DNA of 64,000 nucleotides, taken from contig CM022671.1 of NCBI GenBank assembly GCA_012295275.1, forward strand, positions 21,576,001-21,640,000, read 5' to 3'. The first letter of the stretch is position 1, and every line of letters begins with the position of its first letter. Below are positions 53,816-64,000 of this stretch, piece after piece. The DNA comes from Chrysomallon squamiferum (Eukaryota; Animalia; Mollusca). The notes below the pieces were generated by a model. It did no database searches. It had not been told where the DNA came from and saw nothing but the letters and a program-made list of their open reading frames with translations. Made by a program: the position numbers and the translations under genes.

Positions 53816-55119
53816 AGAACATCACTGAAACTGAACCTTTGATAGAAAGATATATATTAAATACGTTACATTTAACAGGTTTACAAGTGCATGGAATTAA
53901 TTAAGATGTTTACACTGAGCATTCATAGCTATGTTTCACAATTACACTACATAAAAAACCATAGCAGTTTCTTTTGAGGTTTTTTGGGACTCAAACGTCG
54001 TGTTACAAATAAAATAAAATTGATGGTAAATTAAAAAAAATATATTCATTTTTTTTTTTTTTTTTTTTTTTTTGGCAAGAGGCTGAATCCCCTTAGACTG
54101 TAAGACCCTGGGGTCCATCCTGCCCTGCCCTTGTGTAAATCTGACACTGCCTCCTCTACCCAGCTCTTTCCGATGTAAACATGGAGAAGGTCTGTGTCTG
54201 TTACAGGCCATTAACTGGCCACCATTGGGCTGTGGAACATTTCCCGAAAGACTTCAAAATCAATTGAATCTTGGAGAAACTTGCCCATTATGTCTAAATG
54301 TGTTTTATGGTGGATGCATTATTCCCTTGCAGTCTGATTGAATTAAAGACACCCTGAAACAAATGGCCTCCGTTAAATTCTGCTCGCTTCTGTTAAATTC
54401 TGCCCAGTAACCAGTTTTAACAAGCTGGTAATTTATGACATCTGTCTCAGTATAAATATTTTCTCTGTCTGCCTGCTTCTGTTTACCTGTTTCTGCTAAA
54501 ACATGTTGACTATCAGAGGCTTGTGAGATTATGATGAAAACACATCTCAGTCAGAAGTGTAAATATAAAGGTGAATCTGCATTTTAAAAATTCACTTTTG
54601 TTAAGGATAAGAATTTATTTTAATGTTTGTTGTTGTTATATGTTTGTTTGTTTGTTACTTTATTTATTTATTTATTTATTATTTGTTTATCTACTGATTT
54701 ATTTATTCATTGTTAATTCTTTTTATTTATTTATTTATTTATTTCACATTCTTTTTTTCACCCTTCTTTTTCTAAATATGGTTAAAAATTTGATGAAACC
54801 AGAATAAAAGATATTTTCTATAATTTGTGTATTATTATTTTCAATAAAACATTTACATTTATGGCAAATTTTTTGTTCTTTTTTGTAGCCATTAATATAC
54901 CATCAACAATTAATTTTATGTTTTCTTTTTACAAGAAATTAAAAAATAATTATTATAAATGGCAAATTTAAAAAGTTAACTTTTTAGACACGTAATAACA
55001 TTTAAAAGAAACTGCGTTTAGTTTTCTCTGCCAGTATGTTCTTCAGACGTTTTCATTTTTGTTTCCAGGGGAATAGTTTATATATACATTTACATAGTTC
55101 TATATAGCAAACAGCAGTT

Positions 55120-55600
55120 TTCTACATATATTTGCATATTAATATCTCATAAATTATATTTTAAATATCTTATGAATTACATTTTACATACATTTACGTA
55201 ATAACATCTCACAAATTATATTTTAAATACCTTCACAATAAATAGTTATGAATTATATTTTAAATACCTTTCCTTATTAATATCTTTTGAATTGTATTTT
55301 AAATAGCCTTTCCTTATTAATATCTTATGAATTATATTTTAAATACCTTTCCTTATTAATATCTTATGAATTATATTTTAAATACATTTGCATATTAATA
55401 TCTTATGAATTATATTTTAAATACCTTTACACATTAATATCATATGAATTGTGTGTTATTTACCCTTACAGACTGACATCTTATAAAATACATATTAATA
55501 TATAACAAATCACATTTTACATATTAATATGTCACAATTTACTTTTTAAATACCTTTACATAATAATATATCATGAATTACAGCTGAAGTATCTTTACAC
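55120..55600. repeat. ~39-bp minisatellite (tatgaattatattttaaatacctttccttattaatatct)
   Basis: About 11 units. Confidence 0.9.
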
Positions 55601-56284
55601 ATTTATTGTTAGTACATCATGCTTATGTCTGTACTGTTCAGAACAATGGCTCTCAGGTATTTATTATTGTAGAGTAAGAAGTTATTGTTATAATAAGCTA
55701 AAACACCTACCTTTCTGTGGCAGAAACAATCAGTAAGTCATCTCCGCTGTAACTTTACGATGCCACTAACACATGACCAACTTACAAAACATCTGCTACG
55801 AATCCACACAATTAGATTCCTACCTTGATCAGACTTCTTCCCACTGCCACCTTTCCTTCCCGCTGTCATAGTACCAGCCTTAACCAGTAATAAGTGAGAA
55901 TTGCACAATAACACCACCGAAACAACAACACAGACAACAACATCAGCAACCACTGCACATCGAAGACCGTGAAAACTAAATTTAAAAAAAAATTGATAGA
56001 AATTTTTCTCTAGAACATTTTTTTTTTTTTCTTCTTCTTCTTCTTCTTTTTTTTTAAAAAATTTTTTTTTAAATTTTCTTGTGGTTGTTGTTGTTGCTAC
56101 AAGAGTGTTACTTTGGCCAGAAGCAACGAGCACGTGAGTGAAAGAACTGTAAAGAAATGCCTTCCTCCATCGAGTACACAGATGCAAACAGTGTTGTCGG
56201 ATACACCTGGCTTGCTGTGGCCCCACTTAACCTTCCTAACCAGCCAGTAGCAGACGTGTGTGCATGCCACACTGGAGAAAAACT

Positions 56285-56555
56285 TAGCACTGTGTCTTTG
56301 CAAAGTTGCTTTATCTATATAAAGTTCCTTCCGCAGAGAAAAATGTACACTGTGACTGTGGAAAGTTGTTCTATCTGTGTATATATATATATATCTGTGC
56401 AAAGTTCCTTCCACACAGAAAAACTTACACTGTCATCATGGAAATTTGTTTGTCTTTATAAAGTTCTTTTTGCTGAGAATATTTTCAGTGTCTTTGACAG
56501 TTAATTTGTCTTGTATATGTATGTGTGTATGTATCTATATATCTGTCTGTCTAGC

Positions 56556-56604
<49 letters not shown>

Positions 56605-57000
56605 ATGTGTATCTTTGGAAAGTTAGTCTGTAAGTTCCTTTTGCTGAAAATACTTACTGTGTAGTGTGTCTCTGATTGTTGGTGTATATTTGGTATATAT
56701 GTACATAAAGTTCTTTCTGCAAAGGAAAATGTATAGTGTATCTTTGGAAAATTAGTCTATCAGAGATGTATCTAAAGTTGCATTTGCTGAGAATACTTCC
56801 ATTATTGTTTCTTGGAAAATTGATCTGTTGGAGATACATAATATTTATTTATATATATAAAGTTGCTTCTGCACAGAAAAATGTATAATGTATGTTTGGA
56901 AGATTTGGACTATCATAGATGTGTATATGAAGTTCTCTGGAGAAAAATGTATTGTGTGTCTTTTATAAAGTTGTTCTGTCTATATAAAGTTATTTCTTCT
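56285..57000. repeat. Degenerate ~60-70 bp satellite (ataaagttccttc-gcagagaaaaatgta-a-tgtgtctttggaaa)
   Basis: About 9 recognisable units interleaved with TA/CT microsatellites. Confidence 0.7.
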
Positions 57001-57314
57001 CAGCTGTAAACCTCTGACTTTGTAAAACACAGCTGTAACATTCATTCTCTGTTGATATTCCCCTCCAAGCACACTGTGACTATTTCTAATAGTATTTTAA
57101 ATCTTACACAGCCTGGGGTGTTTTTTTTTGTGTTATTTTTTTTATTCTTGTTCAAATACTTTTTGTCTTTCATCTTTCAGTATATACATGTGGGTTTTTC
57201 CTCTCCTTTTCAGTTTTTTTAGTCACTGGATGAAGAATTTGTGTGGTAAATTTACTAACTGGAATGGCATGCACATGTGTTTGTTCTTAGTTTACAAATG
57301 CCTCAGTTATTTTG

Positions 57315-57785
57315 CTTATTTGATTTGCACTTTATTATATACTGGATTAATATGTATTTGGTTTTCACTTTATTATATACTGGATTAATATTTATTTGGT
57401 TTTCATTTTAATATATATTGGATTGGATTAATATTTATTTGATTTTCACTGTATTATTATATATATATATTGAATTAATATTTGTTTGATTTTCACTGTA
57501 TTATATATTGGATTGGATTAATATTGATATAATTTTCACTTTATTATATATTGGATTGGATTAATATTTATTTGATTTTCACTTTATTATATATATACTG
57601 GGTTAATATTTATTTGATTTTCACTGTATTTTATATATACTGGATTAATATTCATTTGATTTTCACTGTATTTTATATATACTGGATTAATATTCATTTG
57701 ATTTTCACTGTAAATGTTACGTTTAGGATTATGTACTGGATTAATACTTATTTAAGTTTTATTTTCATTGTATTATAATTGAATT
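57315..57785. repeat. ~40-bp minisatellite (tatatactggattaatatttatttgattttcactgtatt)
   Basis: About 11 units. Confidence 0.9.
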
Positions 57786-58382
57786 AATTTTTTTTTTTAC
57801 TCTTTTATGTAATGAGTTAACGTTTTCTACATTTTTAGAAGTTCTGTTAGATATTTATTCATGTATATGTGTGTGTGTGTGTGTGTTTGTATAAAGTTTT
57901 AAAAGAAAATAAATAAAATAAAAATATAGAGATGAAATATTTCATTCCACAGTATATTAACTGTCTGAGTACCTTTCATGACTGCTACAGTGCTCAGGAT
58001 TTTGACATGCTCTGTACCTACATTAACCACCTCAGTAGTCAAAATACACAGAGTTACAACAGAATCTCTGATGCACTGAATCACATTTTCATCAGTCCAG
58101 TACAATGCCAGAGCATTGTCTGCTTTTACCATAGTTCAAATATTTGCCATTAGATTGCAGTCGTGACCCTAAAAGGCTACTTGTAGATTTTATTTTCAAG
58201 AAAATGATGGCATCGGTATGTTTTTATATACAACTAATTTTTTTTTTTAAAAACCCTCCTTTTGGAATATCATTGCAGCTGACTAAAATATTTAATATTT
58301 GATAATCTCTAGGGTTTTCAAAGCACATCTTTAATGCAGAATGTAGTTAAGTTAATTTTAATGATACGTTAAACACTCCCCT

Positions 58383-58455
58383 GTTCCAGCCCTTTCTCAA
58401 TGGTTGATGTATCAAAGAATGTACAATGTGTTTTCCTGAGTGTAGGGAAGTGCAG
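58383..58455 (+). mobile_element. SINE central-domain fragment
   Basis: gttccagcc...tgatgtatcaaaga...tgtgttttcctgagtgtagggaagtgca aligns with 59671-59740. Confidence 0.5.
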
Positions 58456-59364
58456 GTAGTACATACATATATACATAAACACACACACACACACACACAC
58501 GTACATACTTATATACATAAACACACACACACACGCATAAACATACATACTTACCTATATACATAAAAACACATACATACACATGTGCATACATACAAGG
58601 ATACAGACATATCTACATACATAGACAGACAGACAGACATAAATCTGTATACACATGCAGACATAAATACAGACAGATATATTATATATACAGATATATG
58701 CATGCATACGTACATATACGCATAAAATACATAAATATGTGCTTATATATACTGATGCTGTGTAACTGTGGATTACAAATGAGTTGTGATTTGTGTGTTG
58801 ACTTTTTCTTCTTTCTTTCTTCTTTCTTTCTTTCTTTCTTTTTTTGAATTTTTGTTTTTGTTGTTTTTATTATTTATTTATTTATTTTGTTAGTAGTTAG
58901 TTAGTTAGTTTAAATTTTTATTTTTATTTCTTTTATTATTTTTTTTTTTTTTAGCTGTTGGGATCAGCTGTTGATGAAATTCACTTTCTCTGATATCAGT
59001 AATCATTAATATCATTTCACAGATCAGACTGAAATGTTAACACTCTGCATTTGTTACCAAATACAGCTTCAGATATTTTCAGAATAAACTCATAACATAG
59101 GATCCAATAAAGCCTAATTCCTTTTTTATATAATGAAAACTATCCAGATTGAAGGAAATGAAATATAATAATGATAACGATCTGTATTTCTCAGTATATT
59201 ACTGGCATTAATTGCAGAAAAAAAAAGAGAAAAAAATCCAATATTACTTTATTTTTTTAATCTGCATTATGGTAATAAAATTACATTATCTGTAAAATAG
59301 TGTTCATTTCTTTTTTCTTCTTTTTTTTTCATCATTTAAAAAGAGTGGTAAGATGAGGATTATA

Positions 59365-59403
<39 letters not shown>

Positions 59404-59585
59404 TGATATCTATATCTGTACTAGTGTAAGACAAAGACATAACAATATTAACTGTTTATTTAAAACAAGTAAGATGGAAAAATTCATGTAAGTATGAATC
59501 TATGTAAGTAGGACCACTGTATTATAAGGAATGTCATTATTTTGGAAATCTATGACTTGGTTTTCCATATTTAATGTAAAGCAGA

Positions 59586-59790
59586 TTATAGTTCAGTAGT
59601 TAGAGCATTGGCCTGAGGCATGAATGGTTACAGAGTCAGTCCTTCAGAGATATCAAAATGAGTGTATCCTGTTCTAACCAGAATCTTACAGATGATATAT
59701 CAAAGACAATGGTATGTACATTCCTCCTATGGAAGGTGTTCCATGAAAAAAAAAAAAAAAATTCTCTGCTCCTAATCAGCAGGTTTCCTT
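59586..59790 (+). mobile_element. Degenerate tRNA-derived SINE (longest copy in the window)
   Basis: A-box-like tagttcagtagttagagca and a decayed B-box, followed by a central tatatcaaagacaatggtatgt domain shared with three other fragments in this window; its head matches the 8001-8085 fragment. Confidence 0.6.
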
Positions 59791-60619
59791 GGTACAGGAC
59801 ATTTTTTTAATCTCTTATCTATGTGTCTTTAATCTAGAAGATTTCCATATGAAGTTCTTAACTTGTTTTAGGAATTATGGTGATCATTTATAAACACAAA
59901 ATGAAGTTTTGGGACATTCTCCACTGAAAAAAATAATTAGTGTAATTTTGTTTACATTCACTTCAGTTTGTTATTCTATTGTTTTTATTTTTATTATTCT
60001 TGTTTTTTTTTTTTATGTTGTCAGTTACCCAGTATCATCATATCATATGGATTATCCTCTTGACTTTGATTACTGTGTGTCACTAAATAAATTATTTCTT
60101 CTGTTTGATGTGTGTTAACAAGAATTAATTATTAGTTAAATGTATTTGCTCATTAATTTTTCAGTTTGTATTTGTGCATGTCAAATTGTTGTTGTTGTTT
60201 TTTTTTTTAAAAAGGACAACTGGAAATATTGAGCAGTTTTATCATTTTATTTTTAGATAAAATTTAAGTAAACTGAATTTTTTTATTGGATAAATTTAAA
60301 AAACAATTTTATGATGTTTGTACGTTAGTAGGTTAGTACATTAAAACTACAATTAACATTTTTATTTAACTCATTGTGAAGTTGCTGAAGTGATAGTAGG
60401 TTAGTAAATTAAAATGTTAGAGAAAAACTATCTATCCTTATCTGATGTAACATTCTGGAATACTGACTCACAGAATCTTGTGAATAATCACAAAGTATGG
60501 TTTATATTTTCAAGAATAAAATCAGAATGATGTAACAAATTTTAACCTTTTTAATGGTGATCTGGTAAAATGTGCACATTTATTTTTAAAACTTTCAAAT
60601 ACTAGAGATTTCATTCAAT

Positions 60620-60940
60620 GCTGATAAAATGAACTAATTTACTCACAGATTTTTAAAACCTATTAGTTTATAACTTATACATCTTAAAACCAGTTAATTT
60701 ACTCACAGAATTATAAAACTAACCATTTTACTCAACATTTTCAAAGTCAACCGGTTTATTATTAATAAATTCAAAAAACCCACCAGTTTACTCAAAAATT
60801 TTGAGACCAACCAATTTACTTAAATCTTTAAAACCTATAAACTAATATATATGTGTGTAGGTGGATGGGTATCTTTGCCTGTGTGTTTTTTTGTGTGTGC
60901 ATATATATATCAATTTACTTATAGATTTTTAAACCAGTGA
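60620..60940. repeat. Degenerate repeat (aatttactcacagattttaaaacc)
   Basis: About 7 decayed units. Confidence 0.55.
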
Positions 60941-61344
60941 ATTCAAATAAAGTTTTTTAATTCTGCAGATGGTAGATGTTTTTATCAACAGAGGACAGAC
61001 AAGTGGAGCCAGTCTCCACACTGTCATTGAATTTCGGATAAAATAAAAACATTAAAAATGTATATTAACTAATTTCCATTGTGACAGTGATGCACATTCC
61101 ATGTAATTGAAGAAAAGAAACAAGATTTGTGAAAACCAGTTCCAGACAGATGTCCCACGATTATAGATTTTGTTAATCTTCTTCTATAGCAGATCTTCTT
61201 CTTTTTCTTTTCCCCTTTACCATTTCAAACACACCAGGAACTGTGTCCTCTGGATCAGTAGTTTAACCTATTTTCATTTTTTTTTTTTTTTTTTTTTAGA
61301 ACTTTATTTCAAATCATTTTTAAGTTTGGGACAGTATATTAAAA

Positions 61345-61930
61345 TACCAGTGTCAAGTAATTACCAGTGTGATATGGTGCCAATTTAATTGAGGAACTAC
61401 ATAATAAAATATCAGTATTAAGTTATTACCAATTTAATGTGATGTGAATATAATTCAAGAACTATGTAATAAAAAATGCTATTAAGTATTACCAGTGTAA
61501 TACATTGTCAGTACAGTTCAAGGACTATGTAATAAAATATCAATATTAAGCATTACCAATGTAATATGTTGTCAGCAAACTTCAAGTACCATGTAATAAA
61601 ATATCAATATTAAGTATTACCAATGTAATATGTTGTCAGCAAACTTCAAGTACCATGTAATAAAATATCAATATTAAGTATTTACCAATGTAGTACTTTG
61701 TCAGTACAGTTCAAGAACTATGTAATAAAATATCAGTATTAAGTATTACCAATGTAATATGGTATCAGTATAATTCAAGTACTATATAATAAAATATCAA
61801 TATTAAGTATTACCAATGTAATACATTGTCGGTACCGTTCAAGTACTATGTAATAAAATATCAATATTAAGTATTACCAATGTAATAGGGTATCAGTACA
61901 ATTTAAGTACTATGCAATAAAATATAAGTA
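61345..61930. repeat. ~62-bp minisatellite (ttcaagtactatgtaataaaatatcaatattaagtattaccaatgtaatatgttgtcagtacag)
   Basis: About 9 well-conserved units. Confidence 0.93.
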
Positions 61931-62126
61931 GTTATTTTATTTTTTACCAGTTATAATATGAAGTTATTACAATAGAAGTGTCAGTGTAAAATGGTGCTAA
62001 AATGAATTTTCCACAGTGCCAGTAATTTTCCACTAGAAAGCTGCTGGCATATGAATATGATATGTTATAAAAATATTACAATAATTCTAATATTTTTTAT
62101 ATAATTATATTATATTAAATTATATT

Positions 62127-62159
<33 letters not shown>

Positions 62160-62517
62160 TTAAGTTTGTTTATTCTTTTTATAATTTTTTTTTTTTTTTT
62201 ATTTGTACTGTTTATAAAGCACTAAAAACCAAATTAAAAAAAAATGACATATTTAAACTTTTTCTTTATTTTGTATTTCCTCTGCAGAACATTGTGGGTT
62301 TTTTTCTTATACAAGACCAGTAAAGCTTGATTAGTTTTCACATTGAAACAGATATCTTGTTTGCTTGAAAGGATGAAATAATCAGTCTTGTCTGTCATCT
62401 TGTAACAGTGTCTCATGAAATTGTTCTGCCTCAGTGAGTAAAACACTAAATTGATGTTTCTTCACTTAAATATATTAGTTACAGAAACTGAATTTTTCAC
62501 ATGTTTTAATTTTTTAA

Positions 62518-62549
<32 letters not shown>

Positions 62550-64000
62550 TTTATTATTATTATTATGATTATTGTTGTTGTTGTTGTTGTTGTTGTTATT
62601 ATTTTGTATTGTTATTGTTATTATTGTTATTATCATCATCATCATCATCACCATTTTCATTGTTATTGTTATTTGATCAGCAAGAATTTAACTATATTTA
62701 TAATAACAGATATAATGAAGTTTTGGTACAGCACGGCTCAATTATTGTTAAATTGTTCTAGTGTTTTAATGTCAATAAATCCTTTTTAAATTTCAAGATA
62801 ATATATGCTTCAGTTTCCAACAACATTATAATGAAATTAATTTCTTTTGAAAATGGTGTGAAGCACAATAATGGCACTCAATCTTTTCAATTACTTCTTG
62901 ATCTCTCCCACCTTTTATACCAGTACTTCCTTCAACCAGTCCTTCTTACCAAGTGTTAAAATCTGGTGACATCACAAACTTTAAAACAATTACATATACA
63001 AGCTGGATAGACAATGTCCCAGAAAAACAGTTTGACTGACAAACTGACTTAACTATACATTTATCTTTTCTTTTTCTTCTTCTTCTACAAAGATAATGGC
63101 ACAAGATTACAGAAATTATCATGGAATTCCCAAAGCTAATGATACCAATTTTGAATTTCCATTGAGAAAAAATTTACCTCCCTGTTTCATACTGGCATCA
63201 ACTGCTGATGATATCAATTTTAAAATATCCCTTCTCGTTTGAGTTTGTGTCATTAAAAGTTTGGCATCTAATTTTCCAAGTTTAATTCCATTAGGAAAAA
63301 AAAATATTCTGCCTACTAGTAATTTAGACTCAAAGGTTTGGCAAAATGACTATAAAGATATTTAATACTGTTGTACCAGAGTCTTCGCTAACCTGTTTCA
63401 TTGGTTAATAGGAAATTCAAGAGCATGTAATGTAGGAAATACCAGTTAATTTAAAAAAACATGGATAGTGTTAAATTTAGTTACAGGAAAGTAAAAAAAA
63501 TAATAATAATAAATATAATAACATTCTATATTTTGTATATAAATGTTTATATTGATTATATATTAAATTTTCTTGATATCTATGGTTATAGTTTGTAGAA
63601 AAGTAAAAAGTGTGTGTGTTTGTAAATGTGTTTGTGTTGTCTGTCTATATCTATGTATGTGTATCTGTGATATGTATCTATGTATGTTTGTATGTCTTTA
63701 TGTATATACACATATATGTATGTGTGTGAGTTTGTGTATGCATTTCCATGCATATATAACATCATGTATGTTTTTGTGTATGATACTCTAGCCTCACATT
63801 CACACACATGTATGCACATATTAACAGACAGACAGACACACACACACACACAGATAAACTTATGAACTGTAATCCACAAACAGACATGAATGGACTGAAT
63901 GCCTTGTTTACTCTCTGTCGAAATATCATCTGATTAGAAAGATTGTGGCCCGAAAAATGTTATTTCCAGTTCTGAATTGACCGACTTAATTACAATAAAT

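Larger units (their letters stand above)
3576..64000 (+). other. MTO1: Apparent giant MTO1 intron (>60 kb, runs off the window)
   Basis: Canonical donor at 3576. No YCPSIE-like exon was found by eye or in the ORF track downstream. The preceding introns are 779, 558, 428 and 944 bp. Confidence 0.7.

Noticed and set aside
53886-54148. Possible second MITE (caagtgcatggaatta ... taaatctgacactg)
   Set aside because: The terminal match is too weak and there is no target-site duplication.
57932-58153. Complex 73-aa ORF containing an acceptor-like ttccacag near its start
   Set aside because: No similarity to MTO1 or any family I recognise, and no clear donor site.
59586-59660. tRNA gene
   Set aside because: Only the A-box/D-arm is tRNA-like. 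There is no cloverleaf or intact TTC B-box, so it is better explained as a SINE head.
61345-61930. CRISPR-like periodic arrays (also 55120-55600 and 57315-57785)
   Set aside because: Whole units are repeated without unique spacers, there are no cas genes, and the context is eukaryotic. These are ordinary minisatellites.
1193-63879. The many 60-160 aa ORFs in the track (poly-Y, poly-F/K, HT/CV/YI repeats)
   Set aside because: They are translations of microsatellites and homopolymers, often with non-ATG starts. Apart from the GPCR, only those overlapping MTO1 exons in frame (1836-2051, 2450-2635) contain real coding sequence.

Overview
AT-rich, microsatellite-dense eukaryotic genomic DNA. It is probably from a mollusc; this is an inference from the repeat landscape and from tRNA-derived SINE relics resembling gastropod SINEs I recall. 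The first 3.6 kb holds five consecutive phase-compatible internal exons of MTO1 (mitochondrial MnmG/GidA tRNA U34-modifying enzyme) on the + strand. After the exon ending ...NGPR, I could not find the expected next exon (YCPSIE-like) in the remaining ~60 kb, which therefore appears to be one giant intron. Nested in it on the - strand is a single-coding-exon, 436-aa class A GPCR (24397-25707), tentatively SREB/GPR85-like, with unusual signalling motifs: no Arg3.50 (TEAY in place of DRY) and an Asn2.50/Glu7.49 pair. It has an overlapping upstream ORF that appears to derive from a 34-nt duplication containing the start codon. It is surrounded by CpG-retaining non-coding islands and several RFX X-box-like motifs. 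The rest is microsatellites, many unrelated minisatellites and decayed SINE/LINE/MITE fragments. Almost all other ORFs in the track are low-complexity artefacts.
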